The notes: a model not told the origin generated them from the letters alone. Shown: positions 41,861 to 52,072, counted from the first letter of the stretch. The stretch is 64,000 nucleotides of DNA from an uncultured Syntrophorhabdus sp. (GCA_964477935.1 CAYZFX010000005.1:31384-95383), one strand, 5' to 3'. Numbers and translations are program-made.

Positions 41861-43033
41861 TCAAGGAGATTGGTTCGTTCTGGTCAGGACCCCTCGAGCA
41901 AAGCACTGGAAAAGGTCAGGTCCTAAGAAGTCACCAAGGATTTTTGCCCGGTAGCGACATCCGCCCCGGCAGTCTTCGAGCACGTTACAGCGGCACTTCA
42001 ATCGTTCGAGGGGAATGCGAACCATTCGCTCCCAGCAGACCCGAAGCCCTTCGTCGATTGTCCCCACAGGTTCCTCGCTAAAGAGACCGCACTTGGCCAC
42101 TCTCCCATCGGGGAATATGGCACAGAGATGAGCACCGCAGGTCTCCTGATGGACTGCGCTGTGGAGCCCACCCCCAAAGGCATATCTTAAAAGAGGTCCT
42201 CCCTCCTCCGGGGAGACCCAGAGGTCTCGATTCTCCTCCAATCTTCCCGCGAGGCAAGGGACATCCACATTCCATTCCTCGATCTGCTTCGATCGGAGAA
42301 AGGAGGCCAGTTCATCAAGCTCCCCTAAATTATCTCGATGGATCATCGTCGCGATCGAAACTCGAAGATGAGCCTCCTGGAGATAGTCAATGGCTCGAAT
42401 GACCCTCTCGAACGTTCCCTCCCCCCGGAGGGATTCGTGACCCTTCTTCATCCCATCGAGACTGAGTTGAACTTCATGGACCCGAAGCTTCGAGGCATTG
42501 TCGGGATGGATCAGGGTCCCGTTGGATAGCAAGACGGAACGAAAAGGGTAATCCTTTAACACCTCGTTGATCCTCCAGAAATCGGGATGGAGCAGGGGTT
42601 CCCCTCCAGAGAGGAGGAGCCTCAACCCCTGGATCTCCTCAAATTCCTCAAGGACTTTCACGATCCTCCCGAGAGAAAGGTCCTGACAGAGGCCCTCCCC
42701 GAGATAGCAGTGGCGACAGCCGAGGTTGCATCGATCGGTGATCAGGAGCTCGAGGTATCGTAGAGAAGGGATGGGAGAGGGGTTCAACCGGAACGCTCTC
42801 GAGAACGGAGTGTCTGAAAGGGAGACGAGATTTTCAGAAAGACAATATTGGAGAAACGCCTCCTCTTCATTCACGGCCAGGGGTTCCCCTCGCAGTGATT
42901 TCAGAAGGAACTGAAACGCCTCTTCTCCCAACTCGTACAGTTGGTCGTTTTCGATGTCATAGAGATAGGGCTGTTCAAGCCTCTTGAGCGAGCAGTGGGG
43001 AGAGAGGACCAAAAATTTATTTTCGAAGGACAT
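41861..43033 (-). CDS. Radical SAM / SPASM-domain peptide-modifying enzyme
   Basis: 390 aa with a CNLGCRHC (Cx3Cx2C) motif and a C-terminal SPASM Cys cluster (C…CGLF…C…CRC…CRGGCRYR). Confidence 0.8.
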   Translation of the reverse strand: MSFENKFLVLSPHCSLKRLEQPYLYDIENDQLYELGEEAFQFLLKSLRGEPLAVNEEEAFLQYCLSENLVSLSDTPFSRAFRLNPSPIPSLRYLELLITDRCNLGCRHCYLGEGLCQDLSLGRIVKVLEEFEEIQGLRLLLSGGEPLLHPDFWRINEVLKDYPFRSVLLSNGTLIHPDNASKLRVHEVQLSLDGMKKGHESLRGEGTFERVIRAIDYLQEAHLRVSIATMIHRDNLGELDELASFLRSKQIEEWNVDVPCLAGRLEENRDLWVSPEEGGPLLRYAFGGGLHSAVHQETCGAHLCAIFPDGRVAKCGLFSEEPVGTIDEGLRVCWERMVRIPLERLKCRCNVLEDCRGGCRYRAKILGDFLGPDLFQCFARGVLTRTNQSP

Positions 43034-43229
43034 CTTCGACCACTTCCGGGGTGAGGACCCCTTTCTCGAGAAGCGCTTTTAAAATCTTAAAGGCGCCACA
43101 CTCAAGATCTTTCTCCGATTCCTTGTAGAAATCACAATGGGAGCAGATGAGCCGGATGAGCGCTTCTTTCTCCATCTCCTTCGCCTCTCTTTTCAGGAAG
43201 GTCCCTTTTTCCTTCTGCTCCAAACTCAT
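43017..43229 (-). CDS. Small 70-aa Cys-containing protein, translationally coupled between the DUF3365 gene and the rSAM/SPASM gene; candidate substrate or partner
   Basis: MSLEQKEKGTFLKREAKEMEKEALIRLICSHCDFYKESEKDLECGAFKILKALLEKGVLTPEVVEDVLRK. Three Cys are flanked by Asp/Glu after a ~28-aa charged N-terminal segment. An ATGA overlap joins it to the upstream gene, and it overlaps the rSAM start by 17 nt. Confidence 0.4.
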   Translation of the reverse strand: MSLEQKEKGTFLKREAKEMEKEALIRLICSHCDFYKESEKDLECGAFKILKALLEKGVLTPEVVEDVLRK

Positions 43230-43987
43230 CTTTTCTGTTTGGAGAGATCGATTTTCACGCTGATGGCCCCCCGAAGATCCCCGACGAGGAACCCTGTCGC
43301 CCGATCCTCCGGATACTTCTCTTTTAAGATCGCCAGGACCTCGGATGGGATATTCTCCTTGGGACCATGGCAGGTGAGGCAGAGCGGAGCCAGCGTGAGG
43401 GGCTTGAGATATCGAAAGTATTTGACCCCGCCCTCTTCCACGACTTCGAAGATCTCTTCGGGCAACCTCTTCTCACGATTCAGTCGGTCCAGTTCCTGAA
43501 GCCTCCGGGTTTCATAAGCGTCGGGAATGTTTTTGGGATTCCGATATCGCAAGCTGACCCGGCGGACCGTATGACCGGTCTGGGTTGAAAACCGGTTCGT
43601 CATCTCCTGCGCCCATTCGGAACAGACCCGAACCGCACCCGTAAAACCACCCTTTTGGATCTCCTGCATCAGGAGTCCCCGAACCGTATCCATCAACTCA
43701 TTTGAGATCCTTCTGGCCTCGGGGAGTTCTTTCTCGGAGGGAGTTTTCGGGTTGGATGGATTTACGGCTTGGGCATCCCGAACCGCCTCCCGGGCCACCG
43801 AGATGGGTTCTTTCGGACCGTGATCCTCATGCCGGACATAATAAATTCGTTCTCCAACAATCTGAACCAGGGGTTGATAGCCTGGGGTGGGGGTTCGCAT
43901 CCTGATGGATTCATTCTCCTGGATGGGAAAAGGTAACCAGGGAAAAAGAAGCGAAAGGACCATCGTCGCTCGAAACCAACCTTTCAT
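43226..43987 (-). CDS. DUF3365 (Tll0287-like) secreted c-type heme protein
   Basis: 253 aa with an N-terminal signal peptide and a CLTCHG (CxxCH) heme-binding motif near the C-terminus. Confidence 0.6.
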   Translation of the reverse strand: MKGWFRATMVLSLLFPWLPFPIQENESIRMRTPTPGYQPLVQIVGERIYYVRHEDHGPKEPISVAREAVRDAQAVNPSNPKTPSEKELPEARRISNELMDTVRGLLMQEIQKGGFTGAVRVCSEWAQEMTNRFSTQTGHTVRRVSLRYRNPKNIPDAYETRRLQELDRLNREKRLPEEIFEVVEEGGVKYFRYLKPLTLAPLCLTCHGPKENIPSEVLAILKEKYPEDRATGFLVGDLRGAISVKIDLSKQKR

Positions 43988-44045
43988 TAAGGATCCCCCT
44001 TCTTTTATAGGTATAGGCCAGGGTATCTCCCCTGGGTGGCCCGGT

Positions 44046-44789
44046 TCAAGAAAAGAGGTTGTCGAAGACCGTCATCACCACAAACCCCGAAAGCACACCA
44101 AAGGTTGCTTCCAGAGGATGGCCGCTCCGGTGAGTCTCTGGGATGATCTCGTTGCTGATGACGAAAAGCATGGCCCCCCCTGCAAAGGCAAGCCCCCAAG
44201 GGAGAAGGGACTGGGCCAGGGTAACGACGGTGACACCGATGAGGCCTCCGATGGGTTCGACCAATCCAGTCAGGGTGGCATATCCGAGGGCTCGAAGAGG
44301 GGTGTATTTCTCCCGGACAAGGGCAAACGCCACAGCCATCCCTTCCGGGATGTTCTGAAAGCCGATGCCCATAGCCAGACTTAACCCTTCCCCAAAATCT
44401 CCCCTTCCGAAACCCACGCCTACCGAAATTCCTTCCGGAAAATTGTGAATCGTAATGGCTAATACAAAGAGCCAGACCCTCGAGAGGCTGAGGGAAGGAT
44501 TTACGGGAGCAGAAAAGGTGTGAAGATGTGGGATGAGGCGATTGGCAAGGCCTAAAAAGGCCCCACCCAGGATGATTCCAAGAGAGGCAACCCCCACCCC
44601 TCCCAATTGAATGGAAGGAAGGACCAGACTGAAGGAGGTGGCCCCTAACATGATCCCGGCTGAAAAACCGAGAAGGGTATCGAGCCATTTTGGGGAGGCC
44701 TTCCTCGTCAACAGGACCGCAATGCCACCCAAACCCGTTGCCAATCCCGCACCGAGGCTGGCAAGGCCCCCCATCCCGATCGTCTCCAT
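44046..44789 (-). CDS. zupT: ZIP-family metal transporter (ZupT-like)
   Basis: 247 aa with 8 TM segments and the HNFPEG ZIP signature. Confidence 0.85.
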   Translation of the reverse strand: METIGMGGLASLGAGLATGLGGIAVLLTRKASPKWLDTLLGFSAGIMLGATSFSLVLPSIQLGGVGVASLGIILGGAFLGLANRLIPHLHTFSAPVNPSLSLSRVWLFVLAITIHNFPEGISVGVGFGRGDFGEGLSLAMGIGFQNIPEGMAVAFALVREKYTPLRALGYATLTGLVEPIGGLIGVTVVTLAQSLLPWGLAFAGGAMLFVISNEIIPETHRSGHPLEATFGVLSGFVVMTVFDNLFS

Positions 44790-44991
44790 TCTGCCTCCTC
44801 TGCCAACCGGTGTTGCCGAGGTGAAGAAGGTTTTAAGGGTGAACGGGGCGATATGTTAATTTCGTAACATAACTTCTCTTCTTTCTCCAATGCCAGTACG
44901 GTTCTTTTTTATTTCGATCACCCTTCGTTTGCTCCTAAGACAGAGGTCGTTTATAATTTTTATATCTTAAGGAGGGCGCTCCGGAGGAGAA

Positions 44992-46713
44992 ATGGGAGGA
45001 GAATCGCATCGGAGGATGAACGAAGAGGTCACAGTCGTTCTCTGCGGGGAGGCGGGACAGGGCGTTCAGACGGTCGAGCACCTTCTCACGCAGACGTTGA
45101 AGCTTTCAGGTTATCATGTCTTCTCTTCGCAGGAATATATGTCCCGCATACGTGGAGGAGCCAATTCCACCTGGATCCGCGTCTCTTCCCGCAGGGTGGC
45201 GGCGCCTGTCGAGCGGATCGATCTCTTGATCCCTTTCAGCCCCGGAGCGGTCGATCATCTTCGGAAAAAGATCTCCCCTCAGACCATCCTCCTCGGAGAG
45301 AAAACCCTATATGAAAAGGAATGCCGGACCTGCCGGGCCACCGAGGTACCTTTTTCGGACATCGCTCAAGAGCTGGGAGGCCGTATCTATATCAACACGC
45401 TCGCCGTGGGCGTCCTGGCAGGGCTGTTCCAAGTAGAAAAGGCCTTGCTCCGTCAGTCCCTCCAGCACCACTTTACAGGAAAAACCGGAGAGACCATCCA
45501 GAAGAATCTTCAGGCGATGGCAAAGGGGTATGAAGTCGGTGAAAGGCTCATCCTGTCCGGTCAAGTCCAAATTCATCTGACGAAAGACGAAGGGGTTAAA
45601 AATGAACTCCTGATGGATGGGGTGGAAGCGCTGGCCATGGGGGTGATCGCAGGAGGATGCAACTTCCTCGCCTTCTATCCCATGTCTCCTTCGACCGCCC
45701 TCGCCGTGCATCTCGCGGAACGCTCAAAAGAGTTCGGCCTCATCGTCGAACAGGCCGAGGATGAAATCAGCGCCATGAACATGGGGATCGGAGCATGGTA
45801 TGCAGGCGCCAGAGGTCTTGCCTCCACATCAGGGGGAGGGTTTGCTCTCATGGTGGAAGGCCTCAGCCTTGCGGGCATGATCGAGTCGCCCATGGTCATT
45901 CATATCGGACAACGTCCTGGCCCCGCTACGGGTCTTCCCACCCGGACCGAACAGGGAGAACTCCTCTTCGCCCTCTTTGCAGGTCACGGGGAGTTTCCGA
46001 GGGCCATCCTGACACCCGGAACGATCGAAGACTGTTTCTATCTTGGCCAGAAGGCCTTTGACCTGGCCGATCGGTACCAAATACCGGTCTTTATCCTGAC
46101 CGACCAATACCTCCTCGAATCCCATTACAACATCCCCTCGCTCGATGTAGAACGAAATCTTCTGACCAAACACTTTGTCGAAACGAGGCAGGGATATAAG
46201 CGTTATCTACTCACCGAGAATGGGCTCTCTCCCCGTGGCCTCCCCGGTTATGGACAGGGTCTTGTGGTTCTGGACAGCGATGAACACGACGAGGAGGGCC
46301 ATATCACAGAGGACCTCGAATTGAGGACGAAGATGGTCAAAAAACGGCTCAAAAAATTGGACCTCCTGGAGGAGGACATCCAATCTCCGGAGCTTTTCGG
46401 CCCTGAGGATTACAAGACCTTGGTCATTGGATGGGGATCCACCTATCATGCCATCAAAGAGGCCACTGAAAGGCTGGCCCGGGATGACGTTTCGTTCCTC
46501 CATTTTAAACAGGTTTATCCCCTCCATCCGAACAGTGCGAATTTTCTTCAAAGGGCTAAAAGAAGGGTCATCGTCGAGAACAATGCCACGGCTCAGTTCG
46601 GTCAACTCCTCCGCATGCAAACCGGGATAAAGATGGACCATCAGATCCTTCAATTTAACGGTCTCCCGTTTGCGGTGGATGATCTCGAAAAGCGATTGAA
46701 ATCCCTTTGTTAG
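44992..46713 (+). CDS. korA: 2-oxoacid:ferredoxin oxidoreductase alpha subunit
   Basis: 573 aa with N-terminal …VLCGEAGQGVQT… and OFOR pyrimidine-binding domains. An alternative start lies at 45016 (MNEEV). A TTGCTC-N17-TATAAT promoter-like element lies upstream at about 44926-44954. Confidence 0.8.
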   Translation: MGGESHRRMNEEVTVVLCGEAGQGVQTVEHLLTQTLKLSGYHVFSSQEYMSRIRGGANSTWIRVSSRRVAAPVERIDLLIPFSPGAVDHLRKKISPQTILLGEKTLYEKECRTCRATEVPFSDIAQELGGRIYINTLAVGVLAGLFQVEKALLRQSLQHHFTGKTGETIQKNLQAMAKGYEVGERLILSGQVQIHLTKDEGVKNELLMDGVEALAMGVIAGGCNFLAFYPMSPSTALAVHLAERSKEFGLIVEQAEDEISAMNMGIGAWYAGARGLASTSGGGFALMVEGLSLAGMIESPMVIHIGQRPGPATGLPTRTEQGELLFALFAGHGEFPRAILTPGTIEDCFYLGQKAFDLADRYQIPVFILTDQYLLESHYNIPSLDVERNLLTKHFVETRQGYKRYLLTENGLSPRGLPGYGQGLVVLDSDEHDEEGHITEDLELRTKMVKKRLKKLDLLEEDIQSPELFGPEDYKTLVIGWGSTYHAIKEATERLARDDVSFLHFKQVYPLHPNSANFLQRAKRRVIVENNATAQFGQLLRMQTGIKMDHQILQFNGLPFAVDDLEKRLKSLC

Positions 46714-46857
46714 ACTCATTAAAGAGGTCACCCCCTGAAAAGAGGGGCGTCCAAGAACCTTTTCACGAAAGGAAACCGCTCGATTTTAGGTTCCTCTGGG
46801 TTGACAGAACCAGGTCCCGAGGGACTTTTTAGGTTTTGGGTCAGGAGAAAGGATGTT

Positions 46858-47721
46858 ATGGATATGAACCGATTTGATATAGAAGGTCTCGATATCGCCT
46901 GGTGCCCGGGGTGCGGCAATTATGCCATCCTCAGAGCCCTAAAAGAGGCGCTCTCAGAACTTCAGATCGAACCCGAGAGGCTGGTGGTCGTTTCCGGGAT
47001 CGGCCAGGCGGCCAAGGCGCCCCATTACTATCGCTGTAACCTCTTCAATGGACTTCATGGACGCTCCTTACCGGTGGCAACGGCTATCAAAGCGGTCAAT
47101 CCCGAACTGGTTGTCATCGACGAGAGCGGAGACGGGTGTATGTATGGTGAGGGAGGGAATCATTTCATCCACGCCATTCGCAGAAATCCTGACATCACCA
47201 ACCTCGTCCACAATAACATGGTCTACGGGTTGACCAAAGGACAGGCCTCCCCCACGAGCCTTCAAGGATTTAAAACCCTTGTCCAGAGGGAGGGGGTGTT
47301 TCATGAAGCCTTTAACCCCCTTGCGATTGCAATCACATTGGGAGCTTCATTGGTGGCAAGAGCCTTTGCAGGCGATATCGCCCAAACGAAGGAGATCATC
47401 AAAAAGGCGATTGCTCATAAAGGGTATGCTCTCGTGGATATCCTCCAGCCCTGCGTCACCTATAACAAACTGAATACCTATTCTTGGTTCAAATCAAAGA
47501 TCTATTATCTTGACGATTCTCACAATCCTCATGACCGAATCGAGGCTCTCAAAAAGGCATGGGAAACGGAAAAACTCCCCCTTGGCATCTTTTACCTCAA
47601 TCCAAAGCCTACCTTCGAAGAGAGATTGGCCGTCTATCAGGAGAGTAAAGCCCCGTTGTATAAGAGAGGTCCTGACTTGAGCCAACTCTCCCAATGGATT
47701 GATTCAAAAAGAGGTATTTAA
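46858..47721 (+). CDS. korB: 2-oxoacid:ferredoxin oxidoreductase beta subunit (TPP-binding)
   Basis: Starts [25 protein letters not shown]… after a GGAGAAAGGA Shine-Dalgarno, and carries the TPP motif [12 protein letters not shown]. The ORF extends to 46801. Confidence 0.85.
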   Translation: MDMNRFDIEGLDIAWCPGCGNYAILRALKEALSELQIEPERLVVVSGIGQAAKAPHYYRCNLFNGLHGRSLPVATAIKAVNPELVVIDESGDGCMYGEGGNHFIHAIRRNPDITNLVHNNMVYGLTKGQASPTSLQGFKTLVQREGVFHEAFNPLAIAITLGASLVARAFAGDIAQTKEIIKKAIAHKGYALVDILQPCVTYNKLNTYSWFKSKIYYLDDSHNPHDRIEALKKAWETEKLPLGIFYLNPKPTFEERLAVYQESKAPLYKRGPDLSQLSQWIDSKRGI

Positions 47722-47748
47722 CCTTTTTTTCTCATTCCGGAGGAAGTC

Positions 47749-48444
47749 ATGGCTGAGCCTGTGATTCGAATCATCGATTTATGGAAGAATTATGGTGAGG
47801 ATGGGTCAGGGTCCCCTGCCCTTTGTGGTACAAATCTTGATATTCACAAAGGGGAAATCATTGCTCTCTTCGGAAAAAGCGGCTCTGGAAAAAGTACCCT
47901 GTTCAATCTGATTGCAGGACTTGACCGTCCCACTAAAGGCCGAATCGAAGTAGAGGGTCGTGATTTAGAAGACCTTGGAGAAAAAGGAAGGACCTTATTG
48001 AGAAGAAGGAAGCTCGGCTTCATCTTTCAATTCTTTAATCTCTTGCCCACCCTCACTGCCTTCGAAAATGTCTTTCTCTCCCTCGAATTGGCAGATCGAT
48101 CTAAACCCGAATTGGCTCTCAAAGCATTGAGAGACGTAGGCTTAGAAGGAAAAGAGCAAAGGTTTCCCAATGAGCTTTCTGGAGGAGAGCAACAGCGTGT
48201 GGCCATTGCCCGAGCGATTGTTAAAAATCCTTCCATCATTCTGGCCGATGAACCAACCGGGAATCTCGATACAAGCACAGGGAAACAGATCCTTCAATTA
48301 TTGACCAGAAGCTGTCGTGAATCGGGAACCACTCTGATGATGGCAACCCATTCCCCCCTGACCTGTCAATACGCCACCCGTATTCTGAGGATGGTGGATG
48401 GCGTGGTCACCGAAGAAACCTCCTGTGAGGAAATCGCCCATTGA
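47749..48444 (+). CDS. ABC transporter ATP-binding protein (AttE/YbbA/LolD-like)
   Basis: 231 aa with Walker [10 protein letters not shown], the signature [12 protein letters not shown], and Walker [12 protein letters not shown]. Confidence 0.85.
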   Translation: MAEPVIRIIDLWKNYGEDGSGSPALCGTNLDIHKGEIIALFGKSGSGKSTLFNLIAGLDRPTKGRIEVEGRDLEDLGEKGRTLLRRRKLGFIFQFFNLLPTLTAFENVFLSLELADRSKPELALKALRDVGLEGKEQRFPNELSGGEQQRVAIARAIVKNPSIILADEPTGNLDTSTGKQILQLLTRSCRESGTTLMMATHSPLTCQYATRILRMVDGVVTEETSCEEIAH

Positions 48445-48878
48445 AGATCGTCACTAAATCCTTTCTTCGGTATCTTCCACGCCGACTCAATCTCAGCCTG
48501 CTTCAACTGATGGGAGTGGCCTGCGGGGTCGCTGCAGTGGTGGGCATGACCCTTTCCGCCCAGACCGCTCTCAAAAGTTTCGGTCAGGCGATCGAATTTT
48601 TAAGAGGCAAAGCAACCCATTCCATTCAGAGACCGGTGGGTCCCATGGACGAAAGCCTCTTGATCCGACTCAGTCACGACCCTGCGGTGGAATGGTTTTC
48701 ACCGGTGATAGACCGGCAACTCAGCCTTGTTAGGGGGGGGCAGGTCCGCCTTCTGGGGATCGATCCGTTATTAGACAGGGCACTTCGACCGGAGATTGCA
48801 AAAGTCGAATGGCTGGACACAAAAGCTAATGTGACGGAGAATCTTCTCCATTTTTTACCGATGAGAGGTCGGTCTTGA
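48441..48878 (+). CDS. N-terminal fragment (TM1 plus start of the periplasmic domain) of a YbbP/AttFG-like double-FtsX ABC permease, interrupted by a -1 frameshift
   Basis: 145 aa, …LSLLQLMGVACGVAAVVGMTLSA…. Its stop TGA (48876-48878) overlaps the TTG (48875) that opens the continuing frame. Confidence 0.6.
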   Translation: MKIVTKSFLRYLPRRLNLSLLQLMGVACGVAAVVGMTLSAQTALKSFGQAIEFLRGKATHSIQRPVGPMDESLLIRLSHDPAVEWFSPVIDRQLSLVRGGQVRLLGIDPLLDRALRPEIAKVEWLDTKANVTENLLHFLPMRGRS

Positions 48879-50929
48879 TCGATCATGGTCTGAAAGAGGA
48901 AATCGGGATTACCTCTGAAAAGATGCTCGAGACCTCAAAAGGGTCTCTTCTGGTCAAAGGGAGTTTTCCCAATCCCTCGGCCGAACCCCTGGTGATCATG
49001 GACATCGGACATGCTCAAAAACTTTTTGGATTACAAGGGCTCGTAGACCGGGTGGATCTGATTTTGTCCGATGAATCCGGCTTCCGTTCTCGCTGGGGAA
49101 AAGGATTTTTCATCCTGTCGTCTCGCCAGAGAAGCGAGACCTTCTCCGGGATGCTCCGGGCGTTTCGCCTCAATCTCGAAGCCCTCTCTCTCTTAGCTCT
49201 CTTTGTGGGTGTCTTTCTCATCTACAACACTGCCATGTTCACGGTCATCAGCCGGAGGAGAGATGCTGGAATCTTGAGAAGTCTTGGGGCGAAACGTCTC
49301 GAAATCGTTCTTGCCTTTCTTTCGGAACTTCTCATCCTCGGGGGGATAGGTGGTGCTCTGGGAGGTTTGATCGGGTATTTTTTAACAAAGTTCCTCACAG
49401 GCCTGATCGGCAGCACCATCAGTAACCTCTACTTCTTTCTGAGGCCGGAACCTGTGGCCTGGTCCATCTGGATTCCGATCATCGGGATTCTTCTTGGATG
49501 CGGGGCAAGTCTGCTGGGAGGAATCATCCCTCTGGTCGAACTCATACGGGTCAATCCCGTGCAGGCTCTCAGTGGCCGAACTCCCAGCCGAAGGAGCACT
49601 CCTCGGGCGAAAAAAGTGGCTCTGATTGGTTCTGTTGTCCTTTTATTGAGCCTCATCCTCTTTCTTTTGCCGGGAAGCCATGTCTATGTTGGTTTTGCGG
49701 GTGTTTTCGGATTTGTCCTGTCTGCAAGCCTTTTCACCGGAATCATACTCATCGCTCTCCACCCCTTTCTTAAAAAAGCCCTCAAATGGCTTGGAGGACT
49801 TCCCGGAAAAGTGGCGGCAGGAACGATCCGGCAGAACCTCGGAAGAACAGGGGTGGCCATTGCGGCTTTTATGATTTCTCTTTCCATGTCCATTGGCCTC
49901 GGGACCATGATTGGAAGCTTCCGGCAATCTCTGATCTGGTGGATGGACACCCAAATCCGGGGAGACCTCTACATCGGTAAAATTCTTGAAGCAGAAGTTC
50001 CAGAAGACTTCTTTGAAGAACTTCGAGAGATTGAGGGATTGGGCGGGGTCCATCCCTATCGAAATGTCCAGACCCTCTATCGAGACACTTCCATCAATGT
50101 CAGCGCGGTCGATGCAGAGGTACTGAAAAAGTATGCCAGATTCGGCTGGTTAAAAGGGGGAAAGGAGAACTGGGAACCTGTCAAACAGGGCGGAGTGATC
50201 ATCTCCGAAAGCTTTTCGCGGCGTTTCGGGGTGAATTCGGGCGACACCATCACCCTGGAGGGGCAGCAGGGGCCTACGGAGTTTAAAGTCGGAGCCATCT
50301 TCTACGACTACACCACGGAGCACGGCTTGGTGATGATGGATCGCTCGACTTACCTCAAGACCTTCGGTGATAGAACGCTCAACAACATAGGAATCTTTAT
50401 TGATTCGGATCACCCCCGCAAACCCGAGCTCCTTCATGAGGTGAGAAAGAGGGCAGAAGCAAGAGGGCTTCCGGTGCTGACCGGCGCCCAGCTCCATCAA
50501 GAGGTTCTTGAGGTCTTTGACACGACCTTCGCAATTACCCGCTCGATGAGGATGATTGCGATCATCGTTGCCTTCTTTGGGATTGCCGGAGCTCTGCTGA
50601 CGCTCTTCATCGAGCGAAGCCGGGAATTCGGAATCTACCGTGCCCTTGGTTTTTCAACCCCACAGGTGGCTAAGATGACTCTCATGGAGGGTCTTGGAAT
50701 GGGAATGGTCAGTTTTGTTTTAAGCATCGGTGTGGGAACAGCGCTTGCAATTCTTCTCATTAAGGTGATCAATATCAGGAGTTTCAACTGGACCATCTTC
50801 TACTACCCATCGTTGGGACCTTATCTCTTAACCGGTGCCATCGCTATCCTGGCAAGCCTTGGAGCAGCCCTCTATCCCATCTGGAGGGTCTATCGGACCT
50901 ATCCTCAGATTCAAATTCGAGAGGAGTAG
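48875..50929 (+). CDS. Remainder of the YbbP/AttFG-like double-FtsX ABC permease (frameshifted continuation)
   Basis: 684 aa containing two FtsX 3-TM modules separated by an extracytoplasmic domain. Joined with 48441-48878 it gives an ~829-aa protein typical of COG3127 permeases. Confidence 0.65.
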   Translation: MIDHGLKEEIGITSEKMLETSKGSLLVKGSFPNPSAEPLVIMDIGHAQKLFGLQGLVDRVDLILSDESGFRSRWGKGFFILSSRQRSETFSGMLRAFRLNLEALSLLALFVGVFLIYNTAMFTVISRRRDAGILRSLGAKRLEIVLAFLSELLILGGIGGALGGLIGYFLTKFLTGLIGSTISNLYFFLRPEPVAWSIWIPIIGILLGCGASLLGGIIPLVELIRVNPVQALSGRTPSRRSTPRAKKVALIGSVVLLLSLILFLLPGSHVYVGFAGVFGFVLSASLFTGIILIALHPFLKKALKWLGGLPGKVAAGTIRQNLGRTGVAIAAFMISLSMSIGLGTMIGSFRQSLIWWMDTQIRGDLYIGKILEAEVPEDFFEELREIEGLGGVHPYRNVQTLYRDTSINVSAVDAEVLKKYARFGWLKGGKENWEPVKQGGVIISESFSRRFGVNSGDTITLEGQQGPTEFKVGAIFYDYTTEHGLVMMDRSTYLKTFGDRTLNNIGIFIDSDHPRKPELLHEVRKRAEARGLPVLTGAQLHQEVLEVFDTTFAITRSMRMIAIIVAFFGIAGALLTLFIERSREFGIYRALGFSTPQVAKMTLMEGLGMGMVSFVLSIGVGTALAILLIKVINIRSFNWTIFYYPSLGPYLLTGAIAILASLGAALYPIWRVYRTYPQIQIREE

Positions 50930-52072
50930 ATGGAAGGGGAGCGAAGCATGATGAAGCACCTTAAAAGGCTCTTACTCCTGACAGGATGCTTATTGAGCCT
51001 CCTTCTCTCTCATGAAAATCTTAGGACTGCTTATGCCAGTGAATGGAAGCAAGCCATCGGCCCCTGGAAATGGGTCTTTCCAAGAGACCACGGATCGCAT
51101 CCTGAATTCAGAACCGAGTGGTGGTACTTCACCGGAAATTTAAAAGATCCCTCTGAAAAACGTTTTGGCTATCAGCTCACGTTTTTTCGACAGGGAGTGT
51201 TTCTGAAAACCAAAAATTCGACTTCATGGTCAATCCGCGACCTCTACCTTGCCCATTTTGCGCTGACCGATGTCTCTTCCAATCAATTCTGGTATGCCGA
51301 ACGTCTCTCCCGACCGGGACCTGGACTTGCAGGAGCGGCTTTAGACGGAATGAATGTCTGGCTTCTCAACTGGGTCGCACAAATGGGGGGCCATCGAATT
51401 AAAATAGGAGCGCGCCATCAGGGTATGGAACTTTCGCTTAATCTGGTTCCTCGAAAACCCCTCGTCTTTCATGGAAAGAACGGTCTCAGTCAAAAAGGTC
51501 CAAAGGAGGGACAGGCCTCCTACTATTTTTCCTATACGAATTTGGCAACCGAGGGAGTCATTCAAACGCCCCTTTCGCCCTCAAGCATTCCTGTCAAAGG
51601 AACGAGCTGGTTTGATCATGAATTCGGTTCGAATCAACTTTCACCCGATCAGGTGGGCTGGGACTGGTTCAGCCTCCACCTCTCCGACGGACAGGAGTTG
51701 ATGGTCTATTTCCTTCGTAGAAAAGATGGCACGACCGAACCCTCTTCCTCTGGCACTCTGGTGACTCCTTCGGGAAATGCCATTCATCTCAAGCGATCTG
51801 ATATCAACCTCGAAGTTCTCGACCATTGGAAGAGCCCCAAAAGCGGTGGAAGATATCCAAACCGCTGGAGGATGAAGGTTCCATCCGCTAAAATAGAGCT
51901 GGAGCTGAGTACACTTGTCTCCTTCCAGGAACTCCTGACCGAAGGTTCCACAGGGGTCATTTATTGGGAAGGTGCGGTCTCTGGCCGAGGGACAGCCGGT
52001 GGAAAACCCATCACCTGTGAGGGATACGTCGAAATGACGGGGTATGCCGGTAGCCTGGGTGGGATCTTTTGA
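50930..52072 (+). CDS. AttH-like / CrtC-domain (hydroxyneurosporene-synthase-like) lipoprotein partner of the ABC transporter
   Basis: 380 aa with a signal/lipobox-like N-terminus (LLLTGCLLS), W-rich motifs (EWWYFTGNL, SWFDHEFGS) and a CrtC/AttH-like fold. An alternative start lies at 50948. Confidence 0.65.
   Translation: MEGERSMMKHLKRLLLLTGCLLSLLLSHENLRTAYASEWKQAIGPWKWVFPRDHGSHPEFRTEWWYFTGNLKDPSEKRFGYQLTFFRQGVFLKTKNSTSWSIRDLYLAHFALTDVSSNQFWYAERLSRPGPGLAGAALDGMNVWLLNWVAQMGGHRIKIGARHQGMELSLNLVPRKPLVFHGKNGLSQKGPKEGQASYYFSYTNLATEGVIQTPLSPSSIPVKGTSWFDHEFGSNQLSPDQVGWDWFSLHLSDGQELMVYFLRRKDGTTEPSSSGTLVTPSGNAIHLKRSDINLEVLDHWKSPKSGGRYPNRWRMKVPSAKIELELSTLVSFQELLTEGSTGVIYWEGAVSGRGTAGGKPITCEGYVEMTGYAGSLGGIF

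Noticed and set aside
44005-44688. 227-aa minus-strand ORF overlapping zupT
   Set aside because: It is an alternate frame of the ZIP transporter gene with a Cys/His/Arg/Pro-rich translation. zupT, with the HNFPEG motif, is the real gene.
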